DNA of 64,000 bases from Phycisphaerales bacterium (GCA_044229655.1 JBGASM010000015.1:35950-99949); one strand, 5' to 3'; counted from the stretch's first letter, positions 22,580 through 32,156 are shown. Numbers and translations: made by a program. Notes: generated by a model from the sequence alone, not told the origin.

Positions 22580-23995
22580 ATGAACTCTCCCCTCCACCCA
22601 TCTTCGCTCTCCCGCCGCCGCCTCCTGCTTGCCTCCCCTGCGCTCGCCCTTCCCGCGCTCCTCGCTCGTCGCGCAAGCGCAGGTCTCTTCGTTCCCTCGC
22701 TCGCCTCCCCACAGGACCCTCCTCATACCTCTCACACTCCCGCTGCTCCTCCCGCGGCCTCCAACTACACACCCGTCATCACGCCCAACGGCTCCACGCT
22801 CCCCTACGAACTCGACAACGGCGTCAAGGTCTTTCGCTTGGTCGCCGAACCCATCCGCCAGGAGTTCCTCCCAGGCGTCGTCATTAACGGGTGGGGATAC
22901 AACGGCTCCACCCCCGGGCCCACCATCGAGGCCGTCGAAGGCGATCGCGTACGCATCCTCGTCACCAACAACCTCCCCGAACCCACCAGCGTCCACTGGC
23001 ACGGCCTCTTCCTTCCCAACGGCATGGACGGCGTCTCCGGCCTCACCCAGCGCTTCATCCTGCCCGGCGAAACCTTCAAATACGAATTTACCCTTCGCCA
23101 GCACGGCACCTACTTCTACCACCCCCACTACGACGAAATGGTCCAGTATGCCATGGGCATGATGGGCTTCTTCATCATCCATCCCAAGACGCCCGAAGAA
23201 AATCCCCCCGATCGCGACTTCTGCATCTTCCTCCACGAGTGGGCCCTCCATCCCGGCACCGCCACTCCCGACCCCATTGAGATGCTCGACTTCAACTACT
23301 TCACCTTCAATGGCAAGGCCTGGCCCGCCTCCGACTCCCTCGTCGCCAGTCTCGGCCAGCGCATCCGCATCCGCCTCGCCAACATCTCCATGGACTCTCA
23401 TCCCATACACCTCCATGGATTCTCGTGGCACGTCGTCCATACTGAGGGCGGCGTCATTCAGCCTTCCGCTCGCTGGATCGGCAATACCGTCGACGTTCCC
23501 CCCGGCGGCTCCCGCGCCATGGATTTCGTCGCCGACCTCGAAGGCGACTGGCCCATGCACTGCCACAAAATCCATCACGCCATGATCGGCATGGTCCACG
23601 GCCTGCCCATCATGACCGGCGCAGACACCGCCGCCGCTGATGAGCGCCTGCAGCGCCTGATCCCCGGCTACGTCTCCATGGGCCAGACCGGTATGGGTGG
23701 CATGTCCCACTCCGGCGGCATCTCGAACTACGCCGGCATGGGCGGCGGCGACGGCCCCTTCGGCCGTGTTGAAATGTCAGGCATGTTCACCCTCGTGAAG
23801 GTCCGCGCCGGCCTCACGTCTTTCGAGGACCCCGGCTGGTACCAGCACCCCGAAGGCACAGTCGCTTCTCCGGTCCCCGGGTCCGCGCCCGCTGCCGGCC
23901 CCTACACCTGCCCCATGCATCCGACCGTTATGTCCGACACCCCCGGCACCTGCCCGATCTGCCATATGAACCTCCGCCCCGTCTCCCAGCGCTGA
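22580..23995 (+). CDS. Multicopper oxidase with C-terminal heavy-metal-binding domain
   Basis: 471 aa. Tat-like signal SRRRLLLASPALALPALLARRASA. Copper-ligand motifs SVHWHGLF, HPIHLHG and HCHKIHHAMIGM. The C-terminal YTCPMHPTVMSDTPGTCPICHMNL resembles the CusB-type N-terminal metal-binding motif. Confidence 0.92.
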   Translation: MNSPLHPSSLSRRRLLLASPALALPALLARRASAGLFVPSLASPQDPPHTSHTPAAPPAASNYTPVITPNGSTLPYELDNGVKVFRLVAEPIRQEFLPGVVINGWGYNGSTPGPTIEAVEGDRVRILVTNNLPEPTSVHWHGLFLPNGMDGVSGLTQRFILPGETFKYEFTLRQHGTYFYHPHYDEMVQYAMGMMGFFIIHPKTPEENPPDRDFCIFLHEWALHPGTATPDPIEMLDFNYFTFNGKAWPASDSLVASLGQRIRIRLANISMDSHPIHLHGFSWHVVHTEGGVIQPSARWIGNTVDVPPGGSRAMDFVADLEGDWPMHCHKIHHAMIGMVHGLPIMTGADTAAADERLQRLIPGYVSMGQTGMGGMSHSGGISNYAGMGGGDGPFGRVEMSGMFTLVKVRAGLTSFEDPGWYQHPEGTVASPVPGSAPAAGPYTCPMHPTVMSDTPGTCPICHMNLRPVSQR

Positions 23996-24019
23996 CTCGC
24001 GCCCATTGCCCGCCTGCGT

Positions 24020-24826
24020 ATGCTCACTCCTATGAACCGCTTGCGGGTCGATGCCCTCTATTCCTCTTTCGTCGCCGCCCTGTTGATCGCTGGGGTCTTG
24101 GCCATCTCTCCAGGCTGCGCCAACGGCAAAGCCAAGGATGAAGGTCAGATTCCCGAGAAACCGCCCGAGCCCCCTGCTGTCCTCCAGTCCGCCGAACTCA
24201 AATATGAAGTTGACGGCAAACCCCGCCGCGGACTCATCAACTACTGGTCAAACTCCATCAACCGCCCCTACCTCTTGCTTTTCCCCGATGAGCGCGGCCT
24301 CGACCCCTGGTTCCGCAGGGAATCCGAAAAGTACGCGCGCATGGGGTACACCGTCGTCACCCCCGACTTCTCCAGCATCACCGATCGCTCCTGGGACAAG
24401 GACGTGGTCGCGCAGATTTCCGCCGCCACCGCTGCCGCGCTCACCCTCACCAGGTCTGGCCCCGCGCCCAAGACCGGAGTCATGGGCTTTGGCCCCGGCG
24501 GAACCTACGCCCTCACCGCTGCTCGCTATCTGAAGCTCGACGCCGCCGTCGTCTGCTATGGCGACCTCATCCCACGCGAGGAAGCCCTTCTCGATCTCGC
24601 TGAGCCCATTCTCGGCATTTACGGCGGCTCCGACGCCCTGATCCCCATGACCAGCATTGTCGCCTTTCAGGAAGCCATGCAGCGCACCGGCGGCCGCTTC
24701 ACCGGACAAGTCTGGCAAAACGAGGGACACGACTTCCTCCGCTCACCGCGCAACCCCGACTCAGTGCAGGAAGCCAATCTCGAAATCGTCGGTTGGCTCG
24801 ACCGCTACCTTCTGCCTCCGGGCTGA
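24020..24826 (+). CDS. Dienelactone-hydrolase-family lipoprotein (nucleophile position is Gly)
   Basis: 268 aa. Lipobox AISPGC and DLH-like layout with GGSDALIP and GHDF. The expected G-F-C/S-x-G-G elbow reads GFGPGG. Confidence 0.7.
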   Translation: MLTPMNRLRVDALYSSFVAALLIAGVLAISPGCANGKAKDEGQIPEKPPEPPAVLQSAELKYEVDGKPRRGLINYWSNSINRPYLLLFPDERGLDPWFRRESEKYARMGYTVVTPDFSSITDRSWDKDVVAQISAATAAALTLTRSGPAPKTGVMGFGPGGTYALTAARYLKLDAAVVCYGDLIPREEALLDLAEPILGIYGGSDALIPMTSIVAFQEAMQRTGGRFTGQVWQNEGHDFLRSPRNPDSVQEANLEIVGWLDRYLLPPG

Positions 24827-24855
24827 CCAGCCCCGCTCACCCCTCGAAGCGCGTA

Positions 24856-27800
24856 TCACGCCTCCCGATCCACCACCGGCTCCAGAAGGTGGCATACCCC
24901 GTTTTTGCAGTCCTTGTCGCGCTCCCACTGTCCAGCCAGGATCCCGCGGATCGCACTCGCCACGTTCTCCTTTACTCTCTTGAGATTCAAGTCTTCTAAC
25001 CTGGCGATCCCCTTCTGTCCGGTGGACACGAGCCAGTACTCCGCAGTCCCCACGAGGTCATACCCCGCCGCCTCCATCGCCATCGCGTACACACCCATCT
25101 GCAGATCCGTTTTCTTGACCTCCGTGTATTCCTTCTTCGACTTGCCCGTCTTGTAATCGATGATGTGATGTCCTCGGTCATCCATGTCCAGACGGTCAAA
25201 TCGCACCCGAATCCTGTGCGCCTGCCCATCCAGCGGAAACGCGAACTCAATCCCCTCTTCCACCTTCACCGGATTGATCTCCTCCCGATGCATCGCCTCG
25301 TAATACCTCCGCAACCCCGCCACCACCTGCGCCATCAGCATTTCCGTCATCTCCTCCGCACCCGCGATCTCCTGCATCGCCGCCTGCCCCTTCGCCAGAA
25401 GGTCTCCCAGCCCTGGCAGCCCGATCGCCCCGTCCAACTCTTCGTGCTTCATCTGCTGCCGATAGAACCGCTCCAGCGCGTTGTGAATGATCGACCCGTA
25501 TCGCGATCCCCGCTCATCCCGCTCCGGCAGGTTCAGGACATGCTTGATCCGGTAGCACGCCGGGCACCGCACATAATCCTCGATCATTGAAAACGTCAGA
25601 CGCAGCGGCCCCGCGACACCCCTCGCACGCCCCGCGGCATCCAGCGCTGCCAGCGCCTCCGCGCCATACGTCCTGACCGCATCCGCTGAGACGCTGGTGC
25701 TCCCCCCGGCCCCTTTGAAGATCAGGTTCAACGCGCTTTGCCCCTTCCGCGCAGCGCTCAGCGCCGCCTGCTTCCACGCGCCCTCCGCCATCAACCTCGC
25801 CGCCGCATCCACCTCCTCCGCCCGCTCCGCCATCGCCGCCCGGTGCATCGCTGCCTGCGCCTCAATGCGCAGCCGCAACCGCAGCCGCATCTCCACCCCC
25901 GCGCGCGCATCCGCCTCACCGCCCGCAATCGCCAGGTCGACCTCCCCTTTCTCCGCCTCCGCTCCGCCCGAATACGCAACGTACTTCTTCGGCACCTCCT
26001 CCTCGGCCATCCCCTCAATCTCCTCCCACAACTCCGAGGGACTCACCTTCCGCCCGCCGCCGTCCTTCACCTGCGCAAGCAGGCACAGCCGCTTCCTCGC
26101 TCTCGTCAGCGCGACAAACACCACCCGCCGCTCTTCGTCCGCAGCATTTGACCTCTCGCCCGGAAACAGACCGTCCACCAGTTCCGCCAGGTCCAGCCGG
26201 TCCTCATCATCCGCCCGACTGCGCTTCACCGGCTTCAACGTGTACCCGTGCTGGTTGAACCTCGGCAGGTACACATGATCAAACTCCAGACCCTTCGCTT
26301 GGTGCGCCGTGAGCAGCCGCACCGCATCCCGGCGCGTGAACTTCGTCTCCGCGTCCGCCACCCGGTCCTCCGCCGAATCTCCCGCCGCAATTCGCGCCGC
26401 TTCCAGATCGTCAAGTCGCGTCAGCAGGTCCGCAAGGCTCTTTCCCCCGTCCAGGTCACCCACGACCCTGCGCACATCTCCCACAAATCGCAGCATCTCC
26501 TCCGCCCGCGCCTCGCGCTCCGCACCCTCCGTCAAATCCAGTTCCAGCGCCATCGTCTCTTTCAGGCACCTCTCCACCACCACGTCCGCCGCCTCCGTCA
26601 GGCTGCACACCTTGAGCCGGTCATGCATCCTCAGGAATCTCACCAGTCCTTCCGGCTTCCGCTCCCGCGCCCTGAGCCAACTCAAAAACCCCGGCCCCCG
26701 CACGCGCTTCCCGCTGCGCTCCCCTTCGCCCTCCTCTTCTTCCTCCGGCTTCCATCCCGTCTTCTCTCGCCACTGCCCATGCAGCGCACTCAACTCCGCC
26801 AGCGGAATCCCGATCGGCCCCTGCGCCAGCACGCGCACCAAGTGCTGCGTCGCCCCTTCATTCGCAATGATCCGTAGCCACGACTTGAAATCCTTCAGCA
26901 GGTCTGACTCCTCGACACGAGTTCCCTGGGCTATTTCCGCCGCGATCCCGCGCGCCGTCAGCGCCCTCTGGATCGCCGGCAGATCGCCGTTCGTCCGCGC
27001 CAGCACCGCACATTCCTCCGCCGCTACCTCACCCCCCCCCATCGCCCGCGCAATCCGCGCTGCAATCTCCCGCGCATGCCCGTCCTTCCCCGCATACTCC
27101 ACCATCTCGATCACGTCCCGCACCGCACGCATCGGCCCTGCCGCCTCAATCCGCTTCGTCGGATCAAACCGGTCGCCGCACTTCTCGATGACCCCCTGCG
27201 CCGCCGCCAGCACCACCGGGCTCGACCGGTAGTTCTGCGTGAGCTTCACGACCTTCGCGCCCGGCCAGTGTTCCGCAAACGTTGCAAATGCCCCCTGGTA
27301 CGCGCCCCGGAACCCGTAGATCGATTGATCATCATCGCCCACCACCGCCACGTCCCCGTCCCTGGGCGCAATCAACTTGAGCAGCTCGATCTGCGCCCGG
27401 TTCACATCCTGAAATTCATCCACCAGCACATGCTTGATCTCGCTCCGCACCAGCGTCCGCACCCGCTCATCCGCCTGCAGCATCCGCATCGGCCGCGTCT
27501 GCAGGTCGTCATACGTCGCCCATCCGCGCTGCATGCACTCCTCGTCAAACGCCCCGTACAGCGCGGTGAGTTCCTCCAGCCGTGCGATGCGCACCCGAAG
27601 CGCCCGCCCCTCTTCGCTCCCCCCGTCCATCGCTTCCAGCCGCACCCGCTGCGCCCCCGCGCACGCCCGACACTCCTCGGGGCTTCTCCCCGCATTCGCC
27701 GCCCGCCCCACGAACGCCAGCGCCGCATCCACGATCGCAAACGGGTCATACGGCGTCTTGCGCAGCCCGATCCCCGTTCTCCCCACGATCTCCCGCATCA

Positions 27801-28188
27801 GCCTCCGCGCCCGCGCCCCGTCCACGATCTTCGGTTCCGTCCGCCACCCCACCAGATCTGCATACCGCCGCAGCAGCCTCAGCCCGAATGAGTGAAACGT
27901 CGACGCCTGCACCCGCTGCGCTGCCGATTCCTCGGACACCGCGCTTGCCGCCCGCTCCCGCAACTGCTCCGCTGCCCGGTTCGTGAAAGTCAACGCGAGA
28001 ATCGACTCCCCCTGCGCGTGGCGCTCCTCGATCAGGTGCGCAATCCGCTGCGACATCACTGCGGTCTTCCCCGTCCCCGGACCCGCAAGGATGATGAGCG
28101 GCCCTCCCGAGTGCTCCACCGCCTCCCGCTGCGCTTCGTTCAATTCCAAGCCCCGCGCCCCTTCGCTATTGCTCTCGCCATGCACCAT
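24856..28188 (-). CDS. UvrD/Rep-type helicase fused to C-terminal RecB-family PD-(D/E)XK nuclease
   Basis: 1110 aa from ATG 28188. Helicase motif I AGPGTGKT and motif II LVDEFQDV. C-terminal nuclease motif IIDYKTGKS, flanked by CPAC and C-x5-C cysteine pairs. Confidence 0.9.
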   Translation of the reverse strand: MVHGESNSEGARGLELNEAQREAVEHSGGPLIILAGPGTGKTAVMSQRIAHLIEERHAQGESILALTFTNRAAEQLRERAASAVSEESAAQRVQASTFHSFGLRLLRRYADLVGWRTEPKIVDGARARRLMREIVGRTGIGLRKTPYDPFAIVDAALAFVGRAANAGRSPEECRACAGAQRVRLEAMDGGSEEGRALRVRIARLEELTALYGAFDEECMQRGWATYDDLQTRPMRMLQADERVRTLVRSEIKHVLVDEFQDVNRAQIELLKLIAPRDGDVAVVGDDDQSIYGFRGAYQGAFATFAEHWPGAKVVKLTQNYRSSPVVLAAAQGVIEKCGDRFDPTKRIEAAGPMRAVRDVIEMVEYAGKDGHAREIAARIARAMGGGEVAAEECAVLARTNGDLPAIQRALTARGIAAEIAQGTRVEESDLLKDFKSWLRIIANEGATQHLVRVLAQGPIGIPLAELSALHGQWREKTGWKPEEEEEGEGERSGKRVRGPGFLSWLRARERKPEGLVRFLRMHDRLKVCSLTEAADVVVERCLKETMALELDLTEGAEREARAEEMLRFVGDVRRVVGDLDGGKSLADLLTRLDDLEAARIAAGDSAEDRVADAETKFTRRDAVRLLTAHQAKGLEFDHVYLPRFNQHGYTLKPVKRSRADDEDRLDLAELVDGLFPGERSNAADEERRVVFVALTRARKRLCLLAQVKDGGGRKVSPSELWEEIEGMAEEEVPKKYVAYSGGAEAEKGEVDLAIAGGEADARAGVEMRLRLRLRIEAQAAMHRAAMAERAEEVDAAARLMAEGAWKQAALSAARKGQSALNLIFKGAGGSTSVSADAVRTYGAEALAALDAAGRARGVAGPLRLTFSMIEDYVRCPACYRIKHVLNLPERDERGSRYGSIIHNALERFYRQQMKHEELDGAIGLPGLGDLLAKGQAAMQEIAGAEEMTEMLMAQVVAGLRRYYEAMHREEINPVKVEEGIEFAFPLDGQAHRIRVRFDRLDMDDRGHHIIDYKTGKSKKEYTEVKKTDLQMGVYAMAMEAAGYDLVGTAEYWLVSTGQKGIARLEDLNLKRVKENVASAIRGILAGQWERDKDCKNGVCHLLEPVVDREA

Positions 28189-28228
28189 GCGGCGCGATGG
28201 TACGGCCTTCCTCCTCTCACCGCCCCGC

Positions 28229-28273
28229 AAAAAAAAGGCGAGCCTCCGGCTGGTCGTCGGACCGGAGGCTCGC
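28229..28273 (-). terminator. Rho-independent terminator closing the sigma/anti-sigma/PDZ unit
   Basis: Perfect 12-bp inverted repeat GCGAGCCTCCGG (28238-28249) / CCGGAGGCTCGC (28262-28273) with a 12-nt loop. On the minus strand it is followed by a T8 run (A8 at 28229-28236 on +). It lies 34 nt after the PDZ gene stop. Confidence 0.8.
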
Positions 28274-28306
28274 GGAAACGAGAAGAAGACTGCGTCGTTC
28301 GTTCTC

Positions 28307-29359
28307 TTACCGGTCGTTGGACTCCTTCTCCTGTTCCTTCTGCAACTGCTCCAACATCGCCTTCGTCTCTTCGAGTTGCTTCTCAATCGATCGCATCATC
28401 TCCTCCCGCGTGCGGTCATCCATCGTCCCCCTCAGCCTCGGCACAAACAGGTCACCGCCCTGCCCCGGCCGCACAATCCTCACTTCACCTGGCGCCCCTG
28501 GCGCGGCCATTCCGAATGCGTCCGATTTGAACGCTTCCAGTGTCGCGTTCGCCGACATCGGCCGTCCCGCGCGCAGGTAGTGAATCTCAACTTTCGTCCC
28601 CGGCTCCGATTCAGCGATCAACTTCCGCAACGAAGCCTCGTTCACCTTCTGCCGCTCGCCGCCGTTCACGATCACCCCCACGATCAGGTCGTTGGGCTTC
28701 AGATCAATCGACGCCGCCGGCGATCCGTCCACGATCCCCGCCACCAGCACGCCCTCCTCAGGCCCAAGACCCAGGTAGGCACGCAGTTCTTCCGACGCCG
28801 GATTCAGCCGCACACCCAGCATCGACTTCGGCGGCGTCATGTCCTCCGGCGCCGCAAATGCCCACGCCTGGCCCTCTCGGGGAATCTCGATCCGCATATT
28901 GCCCAGACCTTCGAGTTCCTTCCACTCAGGCATCTCGTGCAGCCGTGCAAGACCTTCCATCTCCGGCAGTTCAATCATCATCTTGTGGCGCATCTCCTTC
29001 ATCTCGCGTCCGTCGTCGCTGAGATTGATGTACACATTGTCGATGCCCCGCTCTTTGAGAATTCGCTCCACATCCTCTTGCGTCTTCGCATCCGTCTTCT
29101 CCCCGTCAATCCACAACTCCACCGATTCTTCCCCATTCTCGCTCTTGCTGATGATCTTTACGGAAGAAGACTTCTCGCTCTTCTCCTTTGCCGCCAACTC
29201 CTGCTCGGCCTTTGGCGCCTCCTGTTTGTCCTGCGCCGTCGCGCATGACGCCAGGCTCAGCGCCGCCGCAGGCCCCAGCGCCAGCGCAGCCTTCAACCCC
29301 ATGTTCCATCCCATCCGTCCACGCGAAGAATGCCGTGTCATGACTCGTCCTTTCATCAC
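28307..29359 (-). CDS. Secreted PDZ-domain protein with C-terminal coiled coil (no protease domain)
   Basis: 350 aa; the start could be an internal Met. Lipobox-like LSLASC, then a DegP-type PDZ segment GVRLNPASEELRAYLGLGPEEGVLVAGIVDGSPAA...LIVGV, and a charged helical tail IEKQLEETKAMLEQLQKEQEKE. Confidence 0.8.
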   Translation of the reverse strand: MMKGRVMTRHSSRGRMGWNMGLKAALALGPAAALSLASCATAQDKQEAPKAEQELAAKEKSEKSSSVKIISKSENGEESVELWIDGEKTDAKTQEDVERILKERGIDNVYINLSDDGREMKEMRHKMMIELPEMEGLARLHEMPEWKELEGLGNMRIEIPREGQAWAFAAPEDMTPPKSMLGVRLNPASEELRAYLGLGPEEGVLVAGIVDGSPAASIDLKPNDLIVGVIVNGGERQKVNEASLRKLIAESEPGTKVEIHYLRAGRPMSANATLEAFKSDAFGMAAPGAPGEVRIVRPGQGGDLFVPRLRGTMDDRTREEMMRSIEKQLEETKAMLEQLQKEQEKESNDR

Positions 29360-29503
29360 TTCAGTCGTTGGTTGTTGATCTGCGGTCCTTGTCTGCGATC
29401 CGCCGCGCTGCGACTCAGCCCACGTGAGCCATACTGATGCGCGCCCTCCCCTGACTCCGTCAAATTTCCTCGCCCACTCCCCCTGCCGCGCTCTCCTTCC
29501 AAC

Positions 29504-30580
29504 CTACCGCCCCCCGTCACCGTCCCCGTCATCCGACTGATCGTCAGCGCTGCCTTGCTCCGCCAGTTGTTCCAGCAGCCGCTCAAGCCGGTCCAGTCGA
29601 TCACTGATCTGGTCCAACCGCTCCTGCAGAGCCTGCTCCGACTTCTCAAAAGCTCCGTCGCCTCCGGTCACCGGCGCAGGTGACAGAACATGGAAAAGCG
29701 AATTCGGATTGGTGCCCGCGCTGGCCACGATCAGGTCCTCGCGCATATTCGCAGGCAGATTGTCCAGCATGTGCGCCAGATCCGCATTCTCCGTCACCAC
29801 CGCCGCGCCTGGCGCCATCCGCATGCTCGCCCGGCTGAACCTCACCGGGTCATATCGCTCCACCTTGATACTCAAGTCAATCTTCTCACCGCCGCGCAGC
29901 ACTTTCAGGTTGAGCGTGTCGCCCGGATTGCTCCCCGCCAACACTCCCTCAAACGCTGTGTCCGTCAGCGGCGACACCTCGTTGCACGACAGCAGGATGT
30001 CCCACAGTTGCACCCCCGCGCCGTCCGCCGGCAGGCCCGGCAGCACCGCCGTCACCAGGATCGACTTCCCCGTCTCAAGTTTCAGTTGGCTCGCCAGCGC
30101 ATCCTTCACCGGCTCAAACCGCACTCCGACCATGATCTTCGGGTCCGCCCGCACCGTGGTCGACGGCCAGGTGCCCTGCGGCTGCAATGGCGCTGCCTGC
30201 CGCGCCGTTCCGCCCGAGCCGCCCGTCGCAGGCGGCGCAGTCTGGTACCGAGTCTGCGGACTGCTGCTTTGCCCGCTCGACCGCTCCTGGACTCCTGGCT
30301 CGACCGCGATCATCACCCGTCGCTTGGGCGTCGGCGCGTTGTCCGCGCCGCCTTCTGAAACCGTCGGCTCACACCGATTGGTCACCACCAGCACGGTGCC
30401 GTCCGCGCGTTCCTGCAACTCCACACGCCGCCCCTCCGTCCGAACCATCTGCATCGCCGGCTTCCCCCCTCCGTCTCCCCCATCGTCGACGCCGCCATAC
30501 GCAACCTGCAGCCCTCCCAGCGTCATCGCCACCGCCGCCGCACACATCGTCATTGATTTCATAGTCTGTTTCATGGTCAT
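29504..30580 (-). CDS. Secreted PDZ-domain protein with C-terminal coiled coil (paralogous architecture)
   Basis: 358 aa from ATG 30580, with GGAGG 5 nt upstream; the track ORF starts at 30592. Signal peptide, PDZ segment GVRFEPVKDALASQLKLETGKSILVTAVLPGLPADGAG, and tail LQERLDQISDRLDRLERLLEQLAEQ. Confidence 0.8.
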   Translation of the reverse strand: MTMKQTMKSMTMCAAAVAMTLGGLQVAYGGVDDGGDGGGKPAMQMVRTEGRRVELQERADGTVLVVTNRCEPTVSEGGADNAPTPKRRVMIAVEPGVQERSSGQSSSPQTRYQTAPPATGGSGGTARQAAPLQPQGTWPSTTVRADPKIMVGVRFEPVKDALASQLKLETGKSILVTAVLPGLPADGAGVQLWDILLSCNEVSPLTDTAFEGVLAGSNPGDTLNLKVLRGGEKIDLSIKVERYDPVRFSRASMRMAPGAAVVTENADLAHMLDNLPANMREDLIVASAGTNPNSLFHVLSPAPVTGGDGAFEKSEQALQERLDQISDRLDRLERLLEQLAEQGSADDQSDDGDGDGGR

Positions 30581-30638
30581 GACCCTCCACATGGTTCAAG
30601 GCACGCTGCCCGCGCCTCACACTTGGGTTGACAGTTTC

Positions 30639-31367
30639 TCAATACGTCGCCTGGATCGCCTTCGGTTCGTTCTCCGGCAGCAGCAGCGGACGCCCCGCTT
30701 CATCCTGCCCGAGCCGATAAAAACGATCCACGGTTGTCCGCTCCAACGTAGGACGCACATACACCAGTTCATACCCCCCGCTCGCCGCCGGCTTCATGTC
30801 CACGATAAACGGCTGCAACTTGTCGCGCAGCCCCGCATACTCCGCCGGAATGGCTTGCTCATCGCCGAAGATGCTCCCCTGCCCCGCCCCTTCGTTGCCC
30901 GCCAGCTGCGTGCGATCCCTCTCGCTGCCGCCGATCACTCCCGCCTGCCAGGATGTCAGACCCCAGCCCAGCAGCAGTGTCGCCGCAATCGCCCAGCCGC
31001 CGTAATGCTGCGCCCACCGCGTGATCCCGCCCCCGCCGCGCTTGGGCTCATCGTTTCCCGCCGTTGCGGCGTTTGATCCTTCCGCCGCCGCCGCCGTTGC
31101 CACGCTCGCGAAATCAATCTCCACATTCGTCGCGCGCTGCGCCGCCATGAAGAACGAATTCGACAGCCGCGCCGCCGCTCCGAAATCCTCCGCCAGTCTC
31201 CGCCAAGCCTCGTACCGCTCGCCGGCAAACGCCCGAAACTCCGTCCAGTCCCGCTCCGTCGCCGCGCCGTCCACCAGCACCGCCGTCAGACGGTCCAGAC
31301 GCTCGCTCGGCGTGATCGGCTCAGGCGTAATTGATGAATGAGGTTGCATCTCCATGGTCACCACCAT
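30639..31367 (-). CDS. Putative anti-sigma factor (single-pass membrane protein)
   Basis: 242 aa immediately downstream of the ECF sigma gene. Cytoplasmic N-domain, one TM segment (WAIAATLLLGWGLTSW), and an extracytoplasmic C-domain. The assignment rests on position and topology only. Confidence 0.6.
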   Translation of the reverse strand: MVVTMEMQPHSSITPEPITPSERLDRLTAVLVDGAATERDWTEFRAFAGERYEAWRRLAEDFGAAARLSNSFFMAAQRATNVEIDFASVATAAAAEGSNAATAGNDEPKRGGGGITRWAQHYGGWAIAATLLLGWGLTSWQAGVIGGSERDRTQLAGNEGAGQGSIFGDEQAIPAEYAGLRDKLQPFIVDMKPAASGGYELVYVRPTLERTTVDRFYRLGQDEAGRPLLLPENEPKAIQATY

Positions 31368-31421
31368 GTTCCTGTAAAATTACACTGCACATCCGCCGAT
31401 GACCCCAACTGATCACTCGGC

Positions 31422-32156
31422 CTACTCAGAATTCGTGACCGCCCCTCGTGAGGACAGGTGTGCTGCCGACCCCACGACGGGCTCCGTTTTCACCGAACGG
31501 GATTGAACGGATATCTGCTCGCCGCTGGCGCCGCCTCCGACGCCCGCGCATGCTCGTTGCTCTTGTATCGCCGTCCACTCTTCCCGCAGCATGCGCCGCG
31601 CTCGGCTCAGCCGCGTCTCCACTGTTGTCAACGGCAATTCCAGAATCGCCGCAATCTGCTCGCATCCCATCCCGTGCACGCACCGCATGATGAGCGGCTC
31701 CCGGAACTCCGGCGGCAGCGTCAGCGCATGCGCCAGCAGCCCGTGCGCCTCATCCATCGTCGTCGCCGTGTCCCCGTCCGGCCGCGCGCCGTCGTCATCC
31801 GCCAGGTTCTCGCCGAATGAGTCCGAATACGTCACCCTCGGCATCGACCGCCCCGACTCGTCCGTCGCACTCCCGCGCCGCGCACACTCTCTCGCTGCGT
31901 TGATCGCCATCCGCCGGATCCACGGCCGAAACGCGCCCGGGTCCCGCAGCGTGTGAATCTTCGAAGCGAATTTGACCGCGACATCCTGCATCAGATCTTC
32001 CAGGTCCGTCCACCTCGGCTTATACGCCAGCAGCACCGCCGCCAGCCACTGACGATGCGCGCGCCACAGCCCGCTCTGCGCGACCCGATCTCCTTCGATC
32101 GCCTTTCGCACAAGGTCCTCGTCCGTCCCCATGTCCGAGCGGGGCATCATTGACAT
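31422..32156 (-). CDS. ECF-type RNA polymerase sigma-70 factor
   Basis: 244 aa. Sigma-2 region LMQDVAVKFASKIHTLRDPGAFRPWIRRMAINAARECARR. Sigma-4 HTH region EPLIMRCVHGMGCEQIAAILELPLTTVETRLSRARRML. It also has a long acidic linker and a C-terminal extension of about 50 aa. Confidence 0.88.
   Translation of the reverse strand: MSMMPRSDMGTDEDLVRKAIEGDRVAQSGLWRAHRQWLAAVLLAYKPRWTDLEDLMQDVAVKFASKIHTLRDPGAFRPWIRRMAINAARECARRGSATDESGRSMPRVTYSDSFGENLADDDGARPDGDTATTMDEAHGLLAHALTLPPEFREPLIMRCVHGMGCEQIAAILELPLTTVETRLSRARRMLREEWTAIQEQRACAGVGGGASGEQISVQSRSVKTEPVVGSAAHLSSRGAVTNSE

Noticed and set aside
22562-23710. 382-aa minus-strand ORF over the multicopper oxidase
   Set aside because: It is a Gly/Ala/Val/Asp-rich antisense frame. 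The plus frame has all the copper-ligand motifs.
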